DNA of 64,000 bases, from positions 62,001 through 126,000 of IMG/VR virus record IMGVR_UViG_3300030107_006644. One strand, written 5' to 3'. Positions 9,650 to 18,315 of the stretch are shown here, piece after piece. Position numbers and translations under genes: made by a program. How positions within the stretch are numbered: position 1 is the first letter of the stretch; each line of letters begins with the position of its first letter. Under the pieces are notes generated by a model that worked only from the letters and a program-made list of their open reading frames with translations, was not told the origin of the DNA and did not search any database.

Positions 9650-10217
9650 TATCACCGTACAAGATGAAGAGGGCCCCGAGTCTTCTCCAGACGCTAATGA
9701 GGGAGCACCTCCAGAAACTCAAGCATCTATTGAGTTGGTTGCGCGCAGCGCAAATGATGGGAGCATTATGATATTCGACCATCCGGACATCGATATTATT
9801 CTCATTCCAGAAAAGATGAAGGTTGTAACATTAGCCAAAGATCTTATGACGGATGATGTATACGAGACTCAAAACCACTTATTTAAACACTTGACTAGAA
9901 ACGGAATAATTGAGTACGACAGCATTAGGGGTGGAAACGTTTATGGCTCTTTCGAAGCTTCTATGCCAGAATCTGTACATGAGGGTACCAACGCAATTCA
10001 ACTAGCCTTGCTGCAGATTAGCAAGTTTATTGATGATGAGCGTCCCTATTTCGAGTCCGAAAGAGCGTATATGGAGAAAGAAGAAGACCGTCTTCTTGAA
10101 CCCGGCCCAGAAGATTCGACAGAACTGGGAGAAGTTCCACACGCCAGTACGAAAGGTTCGATCCGCCCCGGGTGGATTCGCGGCCCGTTTGGCATCTACG
10201 ACATGTATAGGGTGTAA
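9639..10217 (+). CDS. hypothetical protein
   Basis: ORF overlapping the previous stop; start chosen at ATG MAINITV. Confidence 0.65.
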   Translation: MAINITVQDEEGPESSPDANEGAPPETQASIELVARSANDGSIMIFDHPDIDIILIPEKMKVVTLAKDLMTDDVYETQNHLFKHLTRNGIIEYDSIRGGNVYGSFEASMPESVHEGTNAIQLALLQISKFIDDERPYFESERAYMEKEEDRLLEPGPEDSTELGEVPHASTKGSIRPGWIRGPFGIYDMYRV

Positions 10218-10219
10218 TA

Positions 10220-10540
10220 GTGATAGATTTGCTCTATTTTATTCTTACGGCTTATGGCCTAACTCAAATTTTAGTATACGGCAGCATATTCGACAAAGTA
10301 AGGCCGTCAGAAGGCTTGTTCGGAGAGTTGTTCCGATGCCCCATGTGTTTGGGCTTCTGGGTTGGTGCATTTTTGTTTGGAATAAACGGTTTCACAGAAC
10401 TATTTACATTTGAGTATACAATAGCAAATTTCTTTATTTTGGGTTGGTTATCGTCTGCTACTTCATATGTCTTGAATATGATTATTGGCGATTGTGGGCT
10501 AAAAATTGAAACAATTAGGAGTAAAAACAATGAGCACTAA
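10220..10540 (+). CDS. membrane protein, DUF1360-like
   Basis: GELFRCPMCLGFW motif between hydrophobic helices. Confidence 0.65.
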   Translation: MIDLLYFILTAYGLTQILVYGSIFDKVRPSEGLFGELFRCPMCLGFWVGAFLFGINGFTELFTFEYTIANFFILGWLSSATSYVLNMIIGDCGLKIETIRSKNNEH

Positions 10541-10598
10541 CATTTGGACATCGAAGTGGATGCTGCAGCCTGTTAGACATTGCTGCAAAGGCTCTTAG
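10530..10598 (+). CDS. putative 22-aa peptide MSTNIWTSKWMLQPVRHCCKGS
   Basis: AGGAG RBS upstream of the ATG; fills the gap before the protease; below the ORF-track cutoff. Confidence 0.4.
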   Translation: MSTNIWTSKWMLQPVRHCCKGS

Positions 10599-10633
10599 AT
10601 CACGCGGGTAGCGCCCGCACTTATGGAGTTATT

Positions 10634-11254
10634 ATGAGTAAGAAACTATTAAGAGAATATTATGAGTTGTGCGATGGAGGATCCTGCCCAGACTTGCTTA
10701 CAGAGTCTGAAAAGGAGTTTGTTGCTAAAGGTGGCATAATTTTGTCTGGAAAGCTTCAAGAGGCAGAGGCCAGAAATGGCAATGGGCGAGTTTATCCCAA
10801 GAAAATCTTAGAAAGAGAGATGAAGAATTATCAAAAGCTTGTGAAAGAGCGACGAGCTTTGGGAGAATTAGATCATCCTGATGAATCGGTGATCAATTTG
10901 CGCAACTGTTCTCATGTGGTTACAGAAGTCTGGTGGGATAGCGATAATCCAAACGCAGTAATGGGAAAAATAGAATGTCTCAACACACCATCAGGCAAAA
11001 TACTGCAAGAGCTAGCCAGAGCGGGAGTTAAATTGGGAATCTCCTCTAGAGGTCTGGGATCTGTCAAAGAGGACAAAGGAGACACCATAGTGGAAGACGA
11101 CTTTCAACTAATTTGCTTCGACATGGTATCAGAGCCGTCTACCAATGACGCCTTTATGATGACCGAGGCCAAAGATTACAAAAAGTCTAACATTTTTACC
11201 AAGGCTGATCGAATTAATCGAGCCTTAAACAACGTATTGAGAGATGAGGAATGA
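10634..11254 (+). CDS. gp21: prohead core protease (T4 gp21-like)
   Basis: NGNGRVYP, ALGELDHP, SH, TPSGKIL, GISSRGLGS, FDMVSEPS. Confidence 0.96.
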   Translation: MSKKLLREYYELCDGGSCPDLLTESEKEFVAKGGIILSGKLQEAEARNGNGRVYPKKILEREMKNYQKLVKERRALGELDHPDESVINLRNCSHVVTEVWWDSDNPNAVMGKIECLNTPSGKILQELARAGVKLGISSRGLGSVKEDKGDTIVEDDFQLICFDMVSEPSTNDAFMMTEAKDYKKSNIFTKADRINRALNNVLRDEE

Positions 11255-11703
11255 AAAAGCAAGATTTAAGAGAGACGCTTAAGCCACTAATTCGCGAAGC
11301 TGTTCGCGAAATTGTCTTTGAAGAGGGTCTTTTGGCAGGAATAGTAGCAGAGGTGATCACTGGAGTTAATGCGGTCAGCACGCCAACGCCTCAACCTCGC
11401 CACGCCCCGCGAACCGACGCGCCACCTGTGGTGAACGAGATGCAAAGTCGCCAACGACAACAGGCTGCAGCCGCTCGTTCGGCTCGAATGGAACAACAGA
11501 AGCAACAAGTACTTGAGTCAATCAACAGGGATTCTTATAATGGAGTTGACTTGTTTGAGGGAACTACTCCGATTGGCCGAGCGGGCGTCCCGGGCCAAGC
11601 CAGCGCCCAATCGGGCCCACTATCAGGTCAGGCCTCAAACGACCCCGGTGTTGATATATCGGCTTTCTTCGGCACTTCACAAAATTGGAGCAAGTTGGTG
11701 TAA
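11251..11703 (+). CDS. hypothetical head-cluster protein
   Basis: ATGA overlap; LKPLIREAVREIVFEE N-terminus. Confidence 0.7.
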   Translation: MKKQDLRETLKPLIREAVREIVFEEGLLAGIVAEVITGVNAVSTPTPQPRHAPRTDAPPVVNEMQSRQRQQAAAARSARMEQQKQQVLESINRDSYNGVDLFEGTTPIGRAGVPGQASAQSGPLSGQASNDPGVDISAFFGTSQNWSKLV

Positions 11704-11704
11704 T

Positions 11705-11959
11705 ATGGCAAACAAAGGTATAAATGCGGCAATCTATCCTCGACGTAATGACACGCCAGAAAGGATGATTCGTCGCTTCACCAAAAAGGTTAAAAAATTG
11801 GGCATTATTGACGAGATTAAAAAGAGAAGATATTACGAAAAGCCGTCAATAGCAAAACGTCGAAAAGCAGCCGAGAGAAAAAGAATGCTGGAAAGGTTAG
11901 AGAAAAAAGCAAAAGCGAGAAAGAAGACTAATTATAGAAAGAGGCGTAGGCAATCATGA
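11705..11959 (+). CDS. rpsU: 30S ribosomal protein bS21 (phage-encoded)
   Basis: ERMIRRFTKKVKKLGIIDEIKKRRYYEKPSIAKRRK is the bS21 signature; start at ATG 11705 inside the longer track ORF. Confidence 0.9.
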   Translation: MANKGINAAIYPRRNDTPERMIRRFTKKVKKLGIIDEIKKRRYYEKPSIAKRRKAAERKRMLERLEKKAKARKKTNYRKRRRQS

Positions 11960-11977
11960 TTTGTATGGAGAACAACA

Positions 11978-12391
11978 ATGGCAGAGTATAATAAATTTAG
12001 TACCCCACCCGGGCTTAATCACGTAGGATCTTATCAGGTTTCAGGTATACCGTATTTGACCGGTTCAGCTAGTTTGGCAGCCAACCTTGAAGACCAGATT
12101 AAATTTCCGATGGTTACTAACAATTTTACTGTTATTAATACTGGCGATACGGCGTTAAGGGTTACGTTTGCATCTGTTGCCAACGCCGCCGTCGAGCTTA
12201 AAATGCACTATATTGAGCTTTCCGATAAAAAGGATTCTGTCACATTCAATGTTAAATGCAAGGAAGTATATGTATCTAATGTTGACGGCTCCTCCGCCGG
12301 CTCATACAGCCTGATGGCCGAGTTGACGCAGATTCCAACAGCTAGAATGTATGCTCTGAGCGGCTCTGGCATTAACGAGAATTCGGCATAA
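11978..12391 (+). CDS. virion structural protein (beta-rich)
   Basis: GGAG RBS, late motif at 11927, GSYQVSGIPYLTGS. Confidence 0.6.
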   Translation: MAEYNKFSTPPGLNHVGSYQVSGIPYLTGSASLAANLEDQIKFPMVTNNFTVINTGDTALRVTFASVANAAVELKMHYIELSDKKDSVTFNVKCKEVYVSNVDGSSAGSYSLMAELTQIPTARMYALSGSGINENSA

Positions 12392-12405
12392 GGGAGATAT
12401 CGTAG

Positions 12406-15400
12406 ATGGGTGGTTTTAACAAAGGAGGATTCAGTCCTTCAAGAGTTGTCAACGCAGACTTGGAAGTCGACGGCGGAACTGTTTCTGTTGATGCTGATAA
12501 TGACAAGGTTGGTATTGGAACGACTAGCCCTAAGACCAAGTTGACTGTTCAGGGAGCCGTAACTGTAGCGGAGCAAGACTCCCGTACTGCTGCCGGAGTC
12601 ACCGCCGGTTATGGTCAAATCTGGGTAAAAGATGATAACCCATGCAACCTCTATTACACTGACGACGCCGGCAATAATGTACAGATTACAAGTGGTGGCT
12701 CTTTAGCTGGAGTTGCAGGTAGTCTTTCCGGCCTAGGTAGTACCGATAACGCTATCATGCGAACCAACGGGACCGGCGGCGAGACTGCTCAAGGATCCGG
12801 AATCATTATCGATGACAGCAATAATGTCAGCAGCATGGGCACATTAGGCGTTGGAGCGATTACAACGTCTGGAGTGCTGGATATTACAGACACCACCGAT
12901 TCTTCAAATGCTAGCGGAGACACAGGCGCACTTCGGGTCGAGGGCGGCGCAAGCATCGCCAAAAAGCTTTATGTCGGAACGGATTTAGACGTTGACGGCA
13001 CAACAAACCTTGATGCTGTTGATATTGATGGCAACGTACAGTTAGACGGAACACTTACAATCGGCGCTAATGATGCTGGATATGATGTTATTTTTTATGG
13101 TGACGCCGCCTCAGCTAATATGACGTGGGACACGTCAGCAGACGATCTAATTTTGAATGGCGCCGCGCGAATTGTTGTTCCCGATGGTCAACTGGTCCTC
13201 GCTTCAACGGCTGTATCTTCCACTGCGGCCGAACTTAATAAATTGGACGGCGCCGACTCAAACGTCACCGCAGCCAAGTTGAGCACACTCTCCGCGTTAT
13301 CTGATGCTGAGATTGGTTATGTCGATGGGGCTGGAACATCGGTTGTCGCTTCTAAGGCGGTCGTTGCCGACAGCAACAAAGACGTGGGAACCATTCGGAA
13401 CCTCACGATTGACGGTACCTTTTCGGACGGCAATTACACCTTTGACACTAGCGGCAATGTATCGGGTTTAGGAACGGTAGGCTGTGGAGCAATCACAACG
13501 TCTGGAGTGCTGGATATTACTGATACCACCGACTCTTCAGATGATTCTGGCGATACGGGCGCCCTCCGAGTCGAAGGTGGAGCGAGTATTGCCAAAAAGC
13601 TTTATGTTGGAACAGACTTAGATGTTGACGGTACGACGAATCTTGATGCTGTTGATATTGACGGAAATGTTCAATTGGACGGAACGCTGACAATCGGCGC
13701 TAATGATGCTGGCTATGACGTAATCTTCTACGGCGATGCCGCTTCGGCAAACATGACTTGGGATACGTCGGCTGATGACCTAATTTTCAATGGCGCTGCT
13801 CGTATCGTGGTGCCTGATGGCCAATTGGTTCTCGCCTCAACAGCCGTATCCTCCACCGCAGCAGAACTTAATAAACTGGACGGCGCCGACTCAAACGTCA
13901 CAGCAGCCAAGCTCAGTACTCTGTCTGCTTTGTCGGACACAGAGATTGGCTACGTCGACGGCGCCGGAACTTCGGCGGTGGCATCCAAGGTTCTGGTAGC
14001 TGACGCGAACAAAGACGTAGGTACGATTCGGAACCTCACGATTGACGGCACCTTTTCGGACGGTAACTATACTTTTGACACTAGCGGCAATGTATCGGGC
14101 TTGGGAACGGTAGGCTGCGGAGCAGTTACTTCAACTGGTGCTCTTAAAATTGGCTCCGCTGCAGGCAGCGGTGTGGACGCTTATCTTTATACAGCAGGAA
14201 CAGCCGCACATGTGGGCATCCAGTGGGATGCAGATGGCGAGACCGAGGGTATTTTGATTGGTGGTGCCGATAACCATGGCGTTGATTTCAAATTCTTTGG
14301 CGAGTCATCTGGAAAATATGTACACTGGGATATGTCTGGAGATGAGCTTGTTTTGGCCTCTTCAGCTAAGATTTCTTTCAACGATGCTGGTGGCGGTGAG
14401 AACGTTGTTGCCTCCGCTGATGGTCACTTAGAAATTAACTCTGGTACAACTTTAGATATGACCGCACCAACGGTCGATATTAATGCATCAACAGCTGTTA
14501 CGGTAGATACCCCCGGTGTCACCATAACAGACACTACAGCTACCAGCGCCACCGAGGGCGGCTATGTAAGACTGGCAGCAGATGACGGCGCGGTTATGGC
14601 CAACGGCCACCGACTTGGCGTTATTGAATTTGCCGGAGCAGAAGATACTAGCAGCACCATATCTGTCGGAGCTAGAATTGAGGCTTTATGTCGAGATGCT
14701 TGGGATGGCTCTAATAATGATGCAAATTTGTTATTTTACACTACAGACGGCACTACGCAGTCTGAAGTTCTGAAACTGGACGCTGATAAGAAGGCAACTT
14801 TTGCTGGAGCTACGCAGTTTAATGGCACCGCTACTTTTGGTGTTGATGATACTGGCGTCGATATCAGAGTTTTCAGCGCTACTGCTAGCGAGGGCTTACT
14901 TTATGACGCCTCTCAAGATGAGTTGGGCTTGTTGCTCACCACAAAGCTTTCTTTTCACGATATCGGCGGAGGCGAAAACATTCATGCTTCTGAAGATGGC
15001 ACTCTCGACCTCAATGCTGGTACTTTGCTCGACGTCACTGCGCCAACAATTGATTTAAACGCCTCAACTGCTGTAACTATTGACGGCCCAGTCGTAACAA
15101 TTGCAGATTCAGCAGCCGGCAAGCCTATTCTTACTCTAAAAACTACCCACACAACCAAGACATCTTCTAGCGAACTGCAATTCCTTAAGGACGCGGCAGA
15201 CACAGAAGATGGCGAGGTATTGGGTCAGATTACTTTCTATGGCGAAGACGAAGGAAACAACAACACGCAATTTGTTGGAATTGCAGCTGAAATTGCCGAA
15301 TCAGATGACGGCGCCGAAGGCGGTAAGCTTTCGTTTAGAGTTGCATCTCACGATGGCGAACTGCAGTCTGGCTTAACGATTTTAGATGGCGATGCTGAGG

Positions 15401-16359
15401 ATGAGGTTGATGTCTTTTTGGGCAATACCACTACATCTCTTACAACTGTAGCAGGAAGCCTGAAGACTCAAGGAGATGAAGTCACTTTCGAGTCCGCCAA
15501 TTCGCTAGATCCGCTGGTTATTATCAAAAACACCACAAATGACACAAATGGCGCGCGCCTTCAGTTCGTAAAAGACAAAGGCGGCCCCGGCGCCGACAAC
15601 GATATTATTGGATCAATCCTATTCTATGGTGATGACGATGCGCAGCACAATATTGAATTTGCTTCTATTGTTGGTCAAGTGGCTGATGCTTCGAACAATA
15701 ACGAAGGTGGCCGTCTTCTGCTGAGGGTTGCCTCTCACGATGGAGAAGTGAACAACGGCCTAACGATTGAAGACGGGAGTTCCGAAGACGAAGTTAATGT
15801 TACAATTGCCAATGGACCGGGCTCCTCTACAACCATATCAGGTAACGCGATAGTTAACGGCGACCTCGAATTGGCAGAAAGCGTAGGCCAAGGCATGACT
15901 AAGCACTTGTGGCATCAGTCAGTCGATCTCCGCGCCTCTAGTGGTACCGACAACACGATCATCGCCGGCGGAGGCACTGACTTTAAAATTCCACAGTATT
16001 CAAGAATCGTCAGTGTATATGCGGTACCAACGGTAGCCTCAGATCAGACCAACTGTAATGTTGCAATTGTGTTGGATACAAATGGTTCTATTTCGGCGGG
16101 TAGTGGCGTGACCACCGGGATGAATACTGTAGAGGTTATTGGCGCCGGCGCTGCAGATTCAAGGTCTTACGATACGCAAGCCGGCGCATCGGACATTGAT
16201 TGTAAAAATGACGTTAAGAAGCCATGGTATTCTACCACGGCTAATTGGGCTGGAGCAGACATGTATGTTTATGTTGTCAATGCGGGCACTTCGAATGGTG
16301 GAGGATCACCCAGCGCAGGCTCAATTGAGATTTTCATCGAATATTATGGAATGGACTAG
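12406..16359 (+). CDS. long fibre-like structural protein (1317 aa)
   Basis: VGIGTTSP motif, Gly/Asp/Thr-rich beta repeats, internal duplication. Confidence 0.8.
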   Translation: MGGFNKGGFSPSRVVNADLEVDGGTVSVDADNDKVGIGTTSPKTKLTVQGAVTVAEQDSRTAAGVTAGYGQIWVKDDNPCNLYYTDDAGNNVQITSGGSLAGVAGSLSGLGSTDNAIMRTNGTGGETAQGSGIIIDDSNNVSSMGTLGVGAITTSGVLDITDTTDSSNASGDTGALRVEGGASIAKKLYVGTDLDVDGTTNLDAVDIDGNVQLDGTLTIGANDAGYDVIFYGDAASANMTWDTSADDLILNGAARIVVPDGQLVLASTAVSSTAAELNKLDGADSNVTAAKLSTLSALSDAEIGYVDGAGTSVVASKAVVADSNKDVGTIRNLTIDGTFSDGNYTFDTSGNVSGLGTVGCGAITTSGVLDITDTTDSSDDSGDTGALRVEGGASIAKKLYVGTDLDVDGTTNLDAVDIDGNVQLDGTLTIGANDAGYDVIFYGDAASANMTWDTSADDLIFNGAARIVVPDGQLVLASTAVSSTAAELNKLDGADSNVTAAKLSTLSALSDTEIGYVDGAGTSAVASKVLVADANKDVGTIRNLTIDGTFSDGNYTFDTSGNVSGLGTVGCGAVTSTGALKIGSAAGSGVDAYLYTAGTAAHVGIQWDADGETEGILIGGADNHGVDFKFFGESSGKYVHWDMSGDELVLASSAKISFNDAGGGENVVASADGHLEINSGTTLDMTAPTVDINASTAVTVDTPGVTITDTTATSATEGGYVRLAADDGAVMANGHRLGVIEFAGAEDTSSTISVGARIEALCRDAWDGSNNDANLLFYTTDGTTQSEVLKLDADKKATFAGATQFNGTATFGVDDTGVDIRVFSATASEGLLYDASQDELGLLLTTKLSFHDIGGGENIHASEDGTLDLNAGTLLDVTAPTIDLNASTAVTIDGPVVTIADSAAGKPILTLKTTHTTKTSSSELQFLKDAADTEDGEVLGQITFYGEDEGNNNTQFVGIAAEIAESDDGAEGGKLSFRVASHDGELQSGLTILDGDAEDEVDVFLGNTTTSLTTVAGSLKTQGDEVTFESANSLDPLVIIKNTTNDTNGARLQFVKDKGGPGADNDIIGSILFYGDDDAQHNIEFASIVGQVADASNNNEGGRLLLRVASHDGEVNNGLTIEDGSSEDEVNVTIANGPGSSTTISGNAIVNGDLELAESVGQGMTKHLWHQSVDLRASSGTDNTIIAGGGTDFKIPQYSRIVSVYAVPTVASDQTNCNVAIVLDTNGSISAGSGVTTGMNTVEVIGAGAADSRSYDTQAGASDIDCKNDVKKPWYSTTANWAGADMYVYVVNAGTSNGGGSPSAGSIEIFIEYYGMD
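12853..14118 (+). repeat. 633-bp tandem duplication (211 aa x2) inside the fibre gene
   Basis: Units 12853-13485 and 13486-14118 both begin GAITTSGVLDITDTTDSS and end VSGLGTVGC. Confidence 0.9.
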
Positions 16360-16429
16360 GCAACTTAGCAAGTTCTTGATGCTACTTAGTGATGTCAACA
16401 CTATTTAATAGCAAAGGGAGAACATCTTA

Positions 16430-18076
16430 ATGGCTAGAACTGGTTGGGCTTATGTAGATTTCAGCTATTTGAGTTCTGTAACAGGCCCTACAGGCTCTGT
16501 ACAGTTCTTGGTAGACGAGAGTACACTTAGCGGAAGTCACCTGTTTGTTTATGACACAGGTTCAAATAGAGTTGGTATTGGACTTACCACATTCGACGGT
16601 GTAGGTGCGGGCCTGCCGACTCATCAGTTACATGTTGTCGGTGACGTATCTGTTACCGGCTCAATTTATGCCGATAACCACATCATTAAGAACGTTTCGC
16701 ACTTCTATTCTGACGGATCTAGTAATTTCGGCGATAGCACCGATGATCTTCACGAATTTACAGGATCGGTATCCATTACAAACGATTTGACGGTTGATAC
16801 AACTACCTTTTATGTTGATTCTACTAATAATCGAGTTGGTATCGGTACCGCATCCCCCACTTATGTTCTCGATGCTGCTGTTTCTGCTGCCGAGGCACTT
16901 AGAATTCAAGGCTCTACGGACGGCTTAGATGTAAACTGCGTAATTGAAAACAAAGGGACGTCATCAGGTGACGATACTTTATTGGCACTCTACGCAGAAC
17001 CCAACGCTGGAGATCCTTCACTAAGATTTGCAATTGCTGGCACCGAAACATGGTCTATGGGTATTGATAACTCGGACAACGACAAGCTTAAAATTTCTCA
17101 AGCGTCTACACTGCATACAGATACACGCCTTACAATAAAGCCCATGGGTAACGTAGGCATTGGAACGCCTGATCCTACTGATTTATTAACAGTGTCTGGT
17201 GTCACGTATGGATCCAGTGCGGGAATTCACATCGCCGCTGATCTCAATGATGACGCATATCTGGATTTAACTGAGCATAACGGTTCAGACGTAACGGCGT
17301 TTGGTGCCACGGATACTTTTGGTTTTAGAATTGCTTATGACGGCGCATCAGGAGTAGAGGCTCTGCAATTTAAGACTGGGAACGAAGCTACCGTTTATAC
17401 CAGAATGTCGATTAAGAGAGACACGGGATTTGTTCTCATTGGTGGTGGTGCTGCAACTGGACTATTGCATGTCAATGGCGCTGCAGCAACAGGTGCACCA
17501 ACATTAATAGTAGATCACGATGATGATGACCAGAAAGGCGCAGTCTTTAATATCGCTTCGAAATATGATGTCGGCATAGATATTAATTTATCAAACCTCG
17601 ACGCGAATGGTGTTGACATTTCTGCAGATGACGTAACGACAGCAAGCGCGATGCACATTTCCGCAGATAGCTTAACAACCGGTAATGTCCTCAAAATCAG
17701 CGGCACTGACGGAAAGACCGATTTAAAAATTGTGAGTTCAGCCGATAGCGGCGACTATTTTTCAATAGCAACAACGACGGCTGGTGCAACAACTATAACA
17801 ACAGTCGATGACGACGGCCAAGCAGCCGACCTTACATTTGACGTTGATGGAGATATTGTTTTAGGTCCCGCCGGCGGTGATGTTTTGCCCGATGCAGATA
17901 ACACTAGGAATCTTGGATCTGCTTCAAAACGTTGGGCCAATGTCTACACTGGCGACCTCCATCTTAAGAATGAACGTGGGGATTGGACGGTTGTCGAGGA
18001 ATCCGAATATTTAACCTTAGTAAACAACGCCAATGGTAAAAAATATAAGATTATGATGGAGGAGATTGAAGACTAA
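16430..18076 (+). CDS. fibre-like structural protein (548 aa)
   Basis: Repeated NRVGIGT motifs; C-terminal NLGSASKRWANVYTGDLHLKNERGDWTVVEE module. Confidence 0.8.
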   Translation: MARTGWAYVDFSYLSSVTGPTGSVQFLVDESTLSGSHLFVYDTGSNRVGIGLTTFDGVGAGLPTHQLHVVGDVSVTGSIYADNHIIKNVSHFYSDGSSNFGDSTDDLHEFTGSVSITNDLTVDTTTFYVDSTNNRVGIGTASPTYVLDAAVSAAEALRIQGSTDGLDVNCVIENKGTSSGDDTLLALYAEPNAGDPSLRFAIAGTETWSMGIDNSDNDKLKISQASTLHTDTRLTIKPMGNVGIGTPDPTDLLTVSGVTYGSSAGIHIAADLNDDAYLDLTEHNGSDVTAFGATDTFGFRIAYDGASGVEALQFKTGNEATVYTRMSIKRDTGFVLIGGGAATGLLHVNGAAATGAPTLIVDHDDDDQKGAVFNIASKYDVGIDINLSNLDANGVDISADDVTTASAMHISADSLTTGNVLKISGTDGKTDLKIVSSADSGDYFSIATTTAGATTITTVDDDGQAADLTFDVDGDIVLGPAGGDVLPDADNTRNLGSASKRWANVYTGDLHLKNERGDWTVVEESEYLTLVNNANGKKYKIMMEEIED

Positions 18077-18315
18077 TGTCTATTGAGATCATCAGAAAAA
18101 AGAAAGTAGTACCTGCTTTGGACAACAAGACAGATCTTGGCGTTGACAAGCGCCGCTGGGCTAATATATACGCACACAACGTATATACAAACGATCTACA
18201 CCTTAAAAACGAACGTGGCGACTGGACTATTATCGAAGAGGAAGACTACTTATCTATAACGAACAATAAGACCGGAAAACGGTACAAATTTGTACTAGAG
18301 GAGATTGACGATTAA
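18076..18315 (+). CDS. stand-alone copy of the fibre C-terminal module
   Basis: RWANIY..DLHLKNERGDWTIIEEEDYL...GKRYK paralogous to the end of the upstream gene; TAATG coupling on both sides. Confidence 0.8.
   Translation: MSIEIIRKKKVVPALDNKTDLGVDKRRWANIYAHNVYTNDLHLKNERGDWTIIEEEDYLSITNNKTGKRYKFVLEEIDD

Noticed and set aside
11513-11704. N-terminal extension of bS21 as given in the track (148 aa)
   Set aside because: It overlaps the upstream gene out of frame; the ATG at 11705 just after that gene's stop gives a normal-sized bS21.
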